This document shows, in pieces, positions 1-7,481 of a stretch of 41,802 bases of DNA. The notes below the pieces were generated by a model that saw only the letters and a list, made by a program, of their open reading frames with translations, did no database searches and had not been told where the DNA came from. The position numbers were made by a program, and so were the translations under genes. The stretch comes from a virus. Numbering within the stretch: the stretch's first letter is position 1; the number at the start of each line of letters is the position of its first letter. Location: the IMG/VR virus record IMGVR_UViG_3300045988_137960. One strand, given 5' to 3'.

Positions 1-119
1 GGAGCTTTGTCAACATCTTTTTGGGTAAAATTACTCTCGATAGGGAGTAAGGAGTTGCCATGATTCTTTTGAAGGGTCTTCCAGACATCCTCGCCTCTCG
101 AGGAATGAAGCCAGCAGAC
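1..119. repeat. Terminal direct repeat, left copy (identical to 41684-41802)
   Basis: ggagctttgtcaacatc...gaagccagcagac occurs at both window ends. Base 120 has no counterpart after 41802. Confidence 0.95.
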
Positions 120-329
120 AGCGGACTTGATCTTGTCCTTAGGCATGGACTGAGCCTTGGCCTTGGCAACGGCAGCGGCGAGGCTGGCGTTGTTCTCAGG
201 CAGCGGGTCGCCGCCGAGACGGGCAGCAACGGTGATGTTGCGGCTCAGCTTGGAGAAGAGGGCGGAACGCTTGGCGTCCTGCGCGCCCTTACGATGCTTG
301 GTTGTGGCCCACTTAGAGTGTCCGGACAT
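1..329 (-). pseudogene. yebC: 5' fragment of a yebC/pmpR-family gene (codons 1-71) fused in frame to unrelated sequence. The ORF wraps through the end overlap and stops at 41662-41664 (116 codons in the circular form).
   Basis: ATG at 327-329 with AGGAGA 5 nt upstream. The translation [71 protein letters not shown] is the conserved YebC N-terminus. Similarity stops at codon 71 (bases 117-119) and is followed by [13 protein letters not shown]... Confidence 0.75.
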
Positions 330-645
330 ACGTGTCTCCTATCGGTTTCGACCTAAAGCCCAGCGCAGATGCTCGGGCAATATAAACAAACGTTGGTATG
401 TTATCGCATCTTTTTACCGAGACCAAACTCTATACATAAGAAACAGGCTCTCCTGTAAAAATGTCGGAAGCAATCGTAAAATTGCACAACAACGCCGCAC
501 CCGAAAGTCAAATGCGGCGTCTACATCAATACCTAGATTACCACTTATGGCTTTTTAAGCAAATACAAGACGCACAACAGGCATTATTCATTTTACAAGG
601 TTCACAAGGCGCTACAAGATGCACCGTAGGGACCAAATAGGGACC

Positions 646-684
646 AAAAGCAGAGTCTCCAGCAAACTTGGAGTCTCTGCTTTT
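646..684. terminator. Bidirectional factor-independent terminator candidate
   Basis: 12-bp stem (650-661 with 669-680, one T:T mismatch) and a 7-nt loop, flanked by aaaa (646-649) and tttt (681-684). Confidence 0.6.
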
Positions 685-703
685 ATTCGACCGCATCGGC
701 AAC

Positions 704-737
704 AAAAAAGCCCTCCCCGGCATGATGCCGAGGAGGG
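704..737 (-). terminator. Factor-independent terminator of the lysis/late operon
   Basis: 13-nt arms at 711-723 and 725-737 with one mismatch. The A-run 704-709 gives a U-run on the minus transcript. It lies 12 nt after the stop of ORF 749-1051. Confidence 0.7.
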
Positions 738-748
738 TGATGTGCCTG

Positions 749-1051
749 CTATGGCCTGTCGATGACGACCTGGTCACCGTCCTCGTCGAGGTACGGCGTG
801 ATGGCGATGCCGCGGTCGCTCTCGACCACGATATAGGCTCGATTCGTCGAGCGCTCGGTGGCGATGTACGAGTTCACGCTCTGCGGCAGGTCGTAGAGCG
901 GTCCGTCGGACTGATCAATGACCGTGGCGACGCCCGTAGCGCTCGCATCGCTTGGATGCGCAAGCGAGCAGGCGACGGTGATGAGCGCGAACATAGCGAT
1001 GACCGCCAGGACCGCGTAGACGAAGCCTAACAGCTTCTCGCTGAGTTTCAT
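749..1051 (-). CDS. Small membrane-anchored or lipoprotein-like protein downstream of the endolysin
   Basis: 100 aa. The N-terminal hydrophobic segment LLGFVYAVLAVIAMFALITVAC ends in Cys (imperfect lipobox). The stop is followed by its own terminator. Confidence 0.5.
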   Translation of the reverse strand: MKLSEKLLGFVYAVLAVIAMFALITVACSLAHPSDASATGVATVIDQSDGPLYDLPQSVNSYIATERSTNRAYIVVESDRGIAITPYLDEDGDQVVIDRP

Positions 1052-1052
1052 G

Positions 1053-1898
1053 CTACTCCTTGATGAGGTAGTCGTCTGCCTCGGGCTTGCCGGTGGCGCG
1101 CCCGACGGCGACGTAACGGATATTTCCGCTGTAACCGGTGTATCGGCCCCAGATATAGCCGTCGGCAGACTTGTACCAGTCGTCGAGAACGACGGTCTGG
1201 CCGAGGCCGTAGGAGGCCACGATGGAGCCGGAAAGCGACGGGGCGGTGCGCACGTTCAGCTTGGACACGGTGCAGCGGTAGCGGCCGCCGAAGTTCTCGG
1301 TCTTAGCAGATGCCTCCACATGGGCCTGAGATGCGCCCTGGGATGCCTTTCCAGGCTCTGCGGCACCGTTGACCATAGAGTCGTACCAGGCCTGCGCACG
1401 GGCGATATAGGCGTCCTTCTGGCTTCCGTAAAGCTCGCCCGGGCAGGCCGTTGCGCTCCAGTGCCTATGCGGCCAGACGTTCTTGCCCCACTCCGGCCTG
1501 CCGAGCTTGTAATACACGCAGATGGCGGCCGTGAGGTGCGCACCGGTGTCAAGGGTGTCCTCGGAAACGGTCCACGGGTCGGCGCAGTCGTTCGCGTGCT
1601 CGATGCTGATGGTGCGGTCGTTGCCACCGCCGGTGCCGATGCCGTCGCCGCACGCCCACGCGCGGTTGAAATCGTCGACGAACTGGGCAATGCGGCTGCC
1701 GGCCACTCCGTAGTGAGCGCCGGTGCCGTTGGAGTCGAGAGCTGCCTTGCACTGCTCGAGCGTGAGCTTGCCCGCCATGTGGTGCACGGTCACGCCGGAG
1801 ATGCCGAACGGGCGGCCCTTGGTGAAACCTGCCGCGACGCGCATGTAAACGTCGGGCTGGAGGTTCTTCCAGTCCATGCTACTCGCCGTTCCCGTCAT
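1053..1898 (-). CDS. Endolysin: N-acetylmuramoyl-L-alanine amidase (Amidase_2/PGRP type) with a C-terminal SH3-like wall-binding domain
   Basis: GVTVHHMAG...ISIEHAN...HRHWSATACPG is amidase-like, and the C-terminus YRCTVSKLNVRTAPSLSGSIVASYGLGQTV...GYIWGRY is SH3b-like. An alternative start (MDWKNL, 1877) sits 2 nt after the holin stop. Confidence 0.9.
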   Translation of the reverse strand: MTGTASSMDWKNLQPDVYMRVAAGFTKGRPFGISGVTVHHMAGKLTLEQCKAALDSNGTGAHYGVAGSRIAQFVDDFNRAWACGDGIGTGGGNDRTISIEHANDCADPWTVSEDTLDTGAHLTAAICVYYKLGRPEWGKNVWPHRHWSATACPGELYGSQKDAYIARAQAWYDSMVNGAAEPGKASQGASQAHVEASAKTENFGGRYRCTVSKLNVRTAPSLSGSIVASYGLGQTVVLDDWYKSADGYIWGRYTGYSGNIRYVAVGRATGKPEADDYLIKE

Positions 1899-2244
1899 GG
1901 TCGAAGATGCGCATGAGCGGGGTGTCGCGAAGCTCGGGGTATGCGGCGCACACGTTCTCGAGGATGGAGGCGACCTCCATGATGATGATGTAGACGCACA
2001 CGACTGTCACGGAGACGCCGCTGAAGCCGAGGCCGGCGATGTGAGCGCCGGCAAGCTCGATCATCACTGCGACCGCGATGAGGCAGCAGAGCAGAATCTT
2101 GTGCCCGAGGCCGACGCGCATCTTGGCGCTAGAGACGTTGCCGTTGATGACAGCGCCGATGAATCCGGTCAGGATGTCCATGACCATGAAGCCGCACGCG
2201 ATGACGATTGCCCACTCCTGCGGCTCGGTGAGCTGGTATTCCAT
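1879..2244 (-). CDS. Holin (toxin-secretion/phage-lysis holin family, multi-TM)
   Basis: MEYQLTEPQEWAIVIACGFMVMDILTGFIGA... contains three hydrophobic helices and lies directly upstream of the endolysin. AGGAGA precedes the ATG at 2242-2244; the longer ORF-track start has no RBS. Confidence 0.8.
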   Translation of the reverse strand: MEYQLTEPQEWAIVIACGFMVMDILTGFIGAVINGNVSSAKMRVGLGHKILLCCLIAVAVMIELAGAHIAGLGFSGVSVTVVCVYIIIMEVASILENVCAAYPELRDTPLMRIFDHDGNGE

Positions 2245-2288
2245 TGTCTCTCCTAGATGAAAAAGGCCCCGCACATGCGGGGCCGTAG

Positions 2289-2438
2289 CTACTCGGTGTC
2301 AGGCTCGCCCTTTGCGGCGAGAATCTCGGCAAGCTCCTCGTCGGTGATCTTGCCATTCCCATGCACGTTCTCGACCATGGTCTTGGTCCACTTGTCGTTG
2401 ACGTACCAGGTCTTAATCCTCGATGCCAGCGTGCTCAT
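2289..2438 (-). CDS. XkdX-like small phage protein
   Basis: 49-aa ORF read by hand: MSTLASRIKTWYVNDKWTKTMVENVHGNGKITDEELAEILAAKGEPDTE. It has the W-Y-x-x-x-x-W-T...I-T-x-E-E pattern typical of XkdX and sits upstream of the holin. Confidence 0.6.
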   Translation of the reverse strand: MSTLASRIKTWYVNDKWTKTMVENVHGNGKITDEELAEILAAKGEPDTE

Positions 2439-2589
2439 ATCCAATCACCCCCTCGTTCTCGGGGAGGTCGACGTCGCACATGCACGCGAGGTACGTGATG
2501 TTGGCGTCGTACGTGTCGAGCGCGGCGACGATGTTCTCCTCCCTGCGGCTACCCTCGATGTCTCCATTGGTTCGCTTGATTACGACCAT
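2413..2589 (-). CDS. Hypothetical small protein (58 aa)
   Basis: Hand-read ORF MVVIKRTNGDIEGSRREENIVAALDTYDANITYLACMCDVDLPENEGVIGYEHAGIED. It overlaps both the RT stop and the XkdX-like start. Confidence 0.4.
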   Translation of the reverse strand: MVVIKRTNGDIEGSRREENIVAALDTYDANITYLACMCDVDLPENEGVIGYEHAGIED

Positions 2590-3604
2590 CGGTATCTCCC
2601 TTCCAGAGGTCCCTGTAGTAGCGCCTCATGCGCCGTATCAACTTGAACGAGTCGCCCTTCTTGACGTGGGCGACCCAGCCCTCGAAGCTCGCGTCGGCGT
2701 CCTCCTTTGAGATGACGCCGCGCTTCGCGAGCCTGACGACGCCCTTGAGGTGCCGCCTCTCCTGCTTGACCTTCGCAGACAGGACGTTCATGAAGACGCG
2801 CCCGGTCGGCGACAGCTTGAAGTGGAAGCCGAGGAAATCTATGCCGCGAGATAGCGGCCTTATGTGGGTCTTCTTCCTGTTGAGAGCGAAGCCGAGCTTG
2901 GCGTACTCATCTGTCAGGACGTCGAGCGCCCGCTCAAGCTCCTCGCGGCTGTCGCTTATGAGGATGGAGTCGTCCATGTACCTTATGTAGTGGCGGACCC
3001 TGAGCCGCTCCTTGACCATGTGGTCTATCGGGCTTAGGACCGACACTCCGGCTATCTGCACGAGCTGCGAGCCGGGGTTGACCCCGACGTCGCCCGTGTA
3101 CTGGTTCTCGAGAATCGAGGCCACGATGCCGACGTACCTCGCATCGAGATGGCGCTCGAATGGTGCGAGCGCCGTCGCGTGCGGCATGTTCGGGTAGTAG
3201 CCGGCCACATCGAGCGTCAGCACCCACCCGTCTTCACCGTGCTTCGCGTAGTGCTCGCGCATGAACCGCTTGAGCCTGTTCCGCGCGAAGTCCGTGCCCT
3301 TGCCGGTCTGGCACGATGCGTTGTCGTATATCCAGTCCCGGCTCATTGCCGGGTAGAGGACGAAGTCGTTGAGCGACCTCTGGAAGACCCTGTCCCTGAA
3401 CGTGATTGCGACGATGTCGCGCTGCTTGGGGTAGTAGATGGGGAAGCGTCTCACCGGACGCTGGACGTATGTGCCGTCCGCAAGCTCGTCTGCGAGTCTC
3501 GCCACCTCGGTCGGCGCGTTGAGCACGAAGCTCGCCACGCTGCCCTTCCACATCACTCCCCTGCGGCATCGCTCCATTGCCTCCCAGAGGCACTCGAACG
3601 ACAT
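2549..3604 (-). CDS. DGR reverse transcriptase
   Basis: 351 aa from MSFECLWEAMERCRRGVMWKGSV. It carries RT motifs including VGVNPGSQLVQ (DGR-type N..SQ) and RYMDDSILI. The 465-aa ORF-track version extends upstream across the TR and is not credible as coding. Confidence 0.9.
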   Translation of the reverse strand: MSFECLWEAMERCRRGVMWKGSVASFVLNAPTEVARLADELADGTYVQRPVRRFPIYYPKQRDIVAITFRDRVFQRSLNDFVLYPAMSRDWIYDNASCQTGKGTDFARNRLKRFMREHYAKHGEDGWVLTLDVAGYYPNMPHATALAPFERHLDARYVGIVASILENQYTGDVGVNPGSQLVQIAGVSVLSPIDHMVKERLRVRHYIRYMDDSILISDSREELERALDVLTDEYAKLGFALNRKKTHIRPLSRGIDFLGFHFKLSPTGRVFMNVLSAKVKQERRHLKGVVRLAKRGVISKEDADASFEGWVAHVKKGDSFKLIRRMRRYYRDLWKGDTDGRNQANQWRHRG

Positions 3605-3757
3605 GGGGTCGACGGCGCTTGCAGGCCCAGCACATCCATCGGAGGTGGGGTCGTCGCCGCCGCGGTGTTCGGCCCTCTCGGGCACTGGACCGGGACTCCT
3701 TGCGCCGGGGTCTGCGGCGGACGGCGCTATGCGTCGCCTCTCCATGCCGCCGTGCCC

Positions 3758-3886
3758 GTTGCAATCGGGGGCCGCGCGATTGCCGTTGTACGCGTTGTTG
3801 TTGTTCACGTTGCCATCGGCGTTCACGATGAACGGGTTGTACGCGTTGTCGCGGTTCGCGGACCGCATCCAGGAGTTCTGGGCAGT
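3758..3886 (-). repeat. DGR template repeat (TR), 129 nt
   Basis: The coding-strand reading TAQNSWMRSANRDNAYNPFIVNADGNVNNNNAYNGNRAAPDCN is rich in AAC codons. It is near-identical to 4386-4517 except at adenines. Confidence 0.85.
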
Positions 3887-3908
3887 ATCAGCCCCGGTCC
3901 AAGAATCT

Positions 3909-4319
3909 CTAATGCCCGGCACGGAAGCGTCGGGCATCTGATTCACTCCATGCGGAGGTCATCGACCTCACGGAACTCACGAGTCCGGACCAATGGTGGA
4001 CCCGCCTGCCGCGGAGGTGGAACGTCTTCTTCGCGACGCCGATGAGGAAGATCAGCTCGTTGCACTTGACCTTGGCCTTGCGCTGGAGGCTCCTCCTCTC
4101 GGCGAGGTCGTCATCGTCGACGACCTTGATGTTGTTCGCGCTCCAGAGGTACTGGCCGATTGCCACGCTGGCGTCCACGATGCGGGCCGTCAGCATGGCG
4201 AACTCGGGCCTGAAGGTCCTCTCGTTGGACGTAATCTCGACCGTGTAGGAGCAAAGCTCATTTGCCTTCGCGAACACTTCCATCCTGCTCTTACCGCGCC
4301 TGCTGGCGGGTACGGTCAT
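3909..4319 (-). CDS. avd: Avd-like accessory variability determinant (four-helix-bundle protein)
   Basis: 136 aa, basic and helical, lying between the target gene and the TR. AAGGAGG sits 7 nt upstream of the ATG at 4317-4319. Confidence 0.8.
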   Translation of the reverse strand: MTVPASRRGKSRMEVFAKANELCSYTVEITSNERTFRPEFAMLTARIVDASVAIGQYLWSANNIKVVDDDDLAERRSLQRKAKVKCNELIFLIGVAKKTFHLRGRRVHHWSGLVSSVRSMTSAWSESDARRFRAGH

Positions 4320-4343
4320 GAATGGCCTCCTTTGGTTGTAGGG

Positions 4344-4367
4344 GCCGGGGCGAGGTGTCGCCCCGGC
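4344..4367 (-). promoter_or_regulatory. Perfect hairpin just downstream of VR (DGR target-recognition hairpin and/or terminator)
   Basis: gccggggcga/tcgccccggc forms a 10-bp stem with a 4-nt loop, 10 nt after the target-gene stop (4377-4379). Confidence 0.6.
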
Positions 4368-4376
4368 GATTGACGA

Positions 4377-5624
4377 TTAGCAGATGGCGCAAGCGGGGGC
4401 CGCGCGATAGCCGCCGTTGCACGCGTAGCTGCTGTTCACGGTGCCACCGGCGCTCACGAGGAACGGGTAGCACGCGCCGGCGCGGTTCGCGGACCGCATC
4501 CAGGAGTTCTGGGCAGTCGTCTTGGCGTTGAGCGCGTACTGGATGTACGCAGGCTCCTTCTGCCACAGCGGGGCCTTGGACGTGCCGCCGCGGGCGAGCT
4601 TCCAGTACTCCCACGGGTCGCCCTCGACGCCGTTGACGGAGGACTCGTTGCAGTTGATCCAGTGCTGCTCGAGGCTCGGCAGGAAGAACTTGTCGAAGGT
4701 CTTGGAGAGCGCCGGCGCATCCGAGGTGCCGCCGTAGGTGATGTAGTTGCGGGCGGTCACGACCTCAATCTCGCCGACTGCCGCGACGAAGTCGTCGGGC
4801 AGCATCGACATGAAGCCGGCCTTGGAATCGTACGGTCCGTAGCACACGGACGCGGACGGGATGTGGTCGTAGTCGTGCTTGGGCTTGAACCAGTTGGCGT
4901 CGCGGCTGTTGAGCCACTGGCGGAGGTTCGAGTGCTCCCAGTCGCCGTTGCCGTAGGCGGCGCACTGGATGGACCAGAGGTCGCCGCTCTTGGGCTTGTC
5001 GAGCGTGCCGAGGCTCGTGCCGGCGCTGCCCTCGGCCACGGCGAGCGTCGCCTTCGGGGTGGCCGCGGAGGCGCTGTCGAACACGTAGACCTTCCAGTCG
5101 GTCACCTTTGTGTCCCAGGCCCCGTAGAAGCCGAGGAGCTGGTTGCCCTTGACGAGCGGGTCGGAGAGGGTGAACTGATAGGTCTTCCCCTTGACCATCG
5201 TGCCCTGGCTGTATCCGAGCGTCACGTTGTAGATGCCGGCGGGAAGGCCGGACTCACCGGCCACGTAGAACGCCTCTCGGGCGTCGAAGCTCGTGGCGAA
5301 TGGCAGCGTGTAGTGCTGCTGGAGGAACATGGCCGGGACGACGTCGCCGACCTTGTTGCGCACGTTGCCGAAGCCCGTGACGTCCCACGGGTCGTCGTAC
5401 ACGTTGGAGCCGTCGGTCAGCTTGACGACGAGCTGGTCGCCAACGGAGAAGGCCTTGTCTGCCTGACCGGACTGGGCGATGTGCTTCACCTCGTCCCAGC
5501 TGACCTCGGTCGAGACGGCGTTGTTGCGCACCATCTGCGCGAGAAGGCCGTTCTGCACGTTGAGCGATGCGAGGATCGCGTTGCCCGTGGTGTCGAGAAC
5601 GAGCCTGTTGTCTGCGTCTGCCAT
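4377..5624 (-). CDS. DGR target protein: receptor-binding/tail-fibre protein with a C-terminal variable (C-type-lectin-like) region
   Basis: 415 aa from MADADNRLVLDTTG (ATG 5622-5624, AAAGGAG upstream). The C-terminus ...TTAQNSWMRSANRAGACYPFLVSAGGTVNSSYACNGGYRAAPACAIC is the VR. The gene sits at the end of the tail module. Confidence 0.85.
   Translation of the reverse strand: MADADNRLVLDTTGNAILASLNVQNGLLAQMVRNNAVSTEVSWDEVKHIAQSGQADKAFSVGDQLVVKLTDGSNVYDDPWDVTGFGNVRNKVGDVVPAMFLQQHYTLPFATSFDAREAFYVAGESGLPAGIYNVTLGYSQGTMVKGKTYQFTLSDPLVKGNQLLGFYGAWDTKVTDWKVYVFDSASAATPKATLAVAEGSAGTSLGTLDKPKSGDLWSIQCAAYGNGDWEHSNLRQWLNSRDANWFKPKHDYDHIPSASVCYGPYDSKAGFMSMLPDDFVAAVGEIEVVTARNYITYGGTSDAPALSKTFDKFFLPSLEQHWINCNESSVNGVEGDPWEYWKLARGGTSKAPLWQKEPAYIQYALNAKTTAQNSWMRSANRAGACYPFLVSAGGTVNSSYACNGGYRAAPACAIC
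4386..4517 (-). repeat. DGR variable repeat (VR), 132 nt
   Basis: Hand alignment to the TR gives 17 substitutions, all at TR coding-strand A positions, plus one extra GGC codon (4410-4415). Confidence 0.85.
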
Positions 5625-5628
5625 TGGA

Positions 5629-6090
5629 CTACTCCTTTGCTTTCTGACAGATAAAGCCCTCGGCATCCAGGTAGATTCCGAGGGGGAACAATGCAGCCAG
5701 CTTGGCGGCGGTTTCGTCGCACGCTTCCTTAGAGGCGTTGGCGTCCTCTGCCGCTTTGGCCGCCTTTGTGGTCGCGGCCACAGTCGCGGCTTTTGCCTTG
5801 TTCGCGTTATCGGTCGCTGTCTTTGCATTGCCGGTCGCCTCGTCCGCGAGCTGCTTCGCCCGCTTGGCGTCGCTCGTGGCCGTCTCGCAGGCGCTCACCG
5901 CGGCGGTAGCGCTTGCGTTTGCGGCGTTCGCGCCGCTTGCAGCCGTGTTGGCTAGATCTGCGGCTTTATTCGCAGCGTCGGCGGCCTCCATCGAGATCGT
6001 CGACTCGATGCGGTAGATGGTTCCGTCGGTCGTCTTGATGCGGTCGACGTTGCCGTTCTCGTTCGTGAGGAACTGGGCCATCTCAGCCAT
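5629..6090 (-). CDS. Ala-rich coiled-coil fibre-associated protein
   Basis: 153 aa with a long A/T/N/K-rich helical middle. It lies immediately upstream of the DGR target. AAAGGAG RBS. Confidence 0.5.
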   Translation of the reverse strand: MAEMAQFLTNENGNVDRIKTTDGTIYRIESTISMEAADAANKAADLANTAASGANAANASATAAVSACETATSDAKRAKQLADEATGNAKTATDNANKAKAATVAATTKAAKAAEDANASKEACDETAAKLAALFPLGIYLDAEGFICQKAKE

Positions 6091-6108
6091 GTCGTGCCAC
6101 TCCTTTCA

Positions 6109-6381
6109 TTACCTTGCGATGACGCCGGTCACCGTGGCTAGGTGCCCGACGATGTCGACAATCACGCGGTCGCCCTTTGCCATCCCCTTGCACGAGACAG
6201 TCATCGACACGCCCGCGTGCGGGCTGTCCGAGGCCGTCTCACCGTCGTAGCGGATTGAGCACTTCGGGTAGGCAACCGCGGTCACGGTCGCGTACCTGCG
6301 GGTCACATATGGTGTCTCGGAGCTTTTGCGCAGCATTGAGGCAAGCTCGCGTGCAGCATCCTCGACGCTTCGTACCGTCAC
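6109..6381 (-). CDS. Hypothetical small tail/baseplate protein
   Basis: 90 aa with a GTG start that overlaps the upstream stop (GTGA). Confidence 0.45.
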   Translation of the reverse strand: MTVRSVEDAARELASMLRKSSETPYVTRRYATVTAVAYPKCSIRYDGETASDSPHAGVSMTVSCKGMAKGDRVIVDIVGHLATVTGVIAR

Positions 6382-7481
6382 CTCTCGTACCTCCTAAGCT
6401 CCACGTCCATGAGGACTCCCGGCTCGCCGGTGGGACTCATGGTCCTGATTGAGAAAAGGCCGCTGATGTCGGCGCTCGGGTACTCGATTCGCGCCGTCTC
6501 CCCGTATCGGATGGGGCACCAGACGGTCGATAGCGTGATGCGGTGGATGACGCTCTGCTCGGTGCCGAGAAGCTCCTTGGCCTTGTCATCGACGAGCTTC
6601 TGAATCTGCTCGTCTGTCGACTCATCGGGCACGTCCGAGAGCGACTCCGTGCGGCAGATGGTCCTGCCCTGGTTCAGCGTTGAGAACTCGCTGTCCGGGT
6701 CGTCGTCTCGGGCGATTCCGACGAACGACTTCTCCTGGGTGGAGTAGGTGACGCGCACGACGTTCGCGACGCCGTGCGTATCGCGCTCCTCCGTTACCTC
6801 GCTGAGGAATCGGGCGTTAGCGCCCTCGATGAACTCCCAGACCGGTGCGCTCTTGGACGGCTCGCGATACTTAGTCAAGTGGACGACGCCGTAGCCGTCG
6901 GTCCATGCGGAGCGGAACCCCGCATACTTGAGCAGGTCGTTCACGGCGTCGAGGATTGAGTCGTCACCATCGCCTCCGACGCCGTACGTCCTCTCGGCCC
7001 CCAGCCTGTAGTCGGTCTGCTCGAAGACGCACTCGAGTCCCTGGCCGCGGATGAAGCCGGCGGCCACCTCGACGGGGTCTGCGCCGGCGGATACGGTGAC
7101 CGGTATCATGAACTGCGAGTCTGCAAGCTCCTGGAGGCGGCCGTACATCTGGAGCGTTCCCCTCGACGCGCTGCCGTTCGCAGTGCGCTCGGGCGTGCTC
7201 ACGATGTACGTGCCGAGCGTCGACGTCGCGGTCGAGCCGTCGTGGAACTCTGCGTCGAGATGGACGCGCAGCAGGTCGGAGCCGATGTTGAACCGGCCCG
7301 CATAGTCGACCGTGCCGGACTCCTTGATGGACGTGTCGTCGTTCCATGAAAGCTGGAGCGTACGCGGCTTGATGCCGCGCAGTAGGCGCAGGTCGGCACC
7401 GGTGCTGCGCGATACGACCATGAACCTGAGCCTCGACTTGAAGCCCTTCGAGAGCCATCGCTCGGTATCAGACGTCGCCAT
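6378..7481 (-). CDS. Tail tip/hub-like structural protein (Tal-position gene)
   Basis: 367 aa. It is the second gene after the tape measure and overlaps its neighbours. The assignment is positional. Confidence 0.55.
   Translation of the reverse strand: MATSDTERWLSKGFKSRLRFMVVSRSTGADLRLLRGIKPRTLQLSWNDDTSIKESGTVDYAGRFNIGSDLLRVHLDAEFHDGSTATSTLGTYIVSTPERTANGSASRGTLQMYGRLQELADSQFMIPVTVSAGADPVEVAAGFIRGQGLECVFEQTDYRLGAERTYGVGGDGDDSILDAVNDLLKYAGFRSAWTDGYGVVHLTKYREPSKSAPVWEFIEGANARFLSEVTEERDTHGVANVVRVTYSTQEKSFVGIARDDDPDSEFSTLNQGRTICRTESLSDVPDESTDEQIQKLVDDKAKELLGTEQSVIHRITLSTVWCPIRYGETARIEYPSADISGLFSIRTMSPTGEPGVLMDVELRRYER

Larger units (their letters stand above)
2549..5624 (-). mobile_element. Diversity-generating retroelement cassette (target gene with VR, hairpin, avd, TR, spacer, RT)
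   Basis: See the component features. The gene order matches the Bordetella phage BPP-1 mtd-avd-TR-brt layout. Confidence 0.9.

Noticed and set aside
1-119. The terminal repeat as a physical direct terminal repeat, LTR or att duplication.
   Set aside because: The repeat is exact, sits inside a continuous minus-strand ORF, and matches the form of a fixed-length assembly overlap. The packaging genes are of the cos/HNH type. If it were an att duplication, the yebC fragment would sit on the wrong side. Kept only as an assembly-closure signal.
60-356. The full 98-codon plus-strand ORF as a genuine gene.
   Set aside because: Beyond codon ~20 it is exactly antisense to the highly conserved yebC N-terminal coding sequence and reads as Gly/Leu/Ala filler. 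Only its first ~20 codons and its RBS look authentic (reported as a possible repressor stump).
3605-3946. The N-terminal 114 codons of the 465-aa ORF containing the RT.
   Set aside because: This part is the TR plus the spacer. Its apparent protein similarity to the fibre C-terminus reflects the TR/VR repeat, and RT homology starts at MSFECLWEAM (3604).
5625-5828. N-terminal extension of the DGR target ORF (MQRQRPITRTRQKPRLWPRPQRR...).
   Set aside because: It is Arg/Pro-rich, overlaps the upstream gene, and has no RBS. The ATG at 5622-5624 has AAAGGAG upstream.
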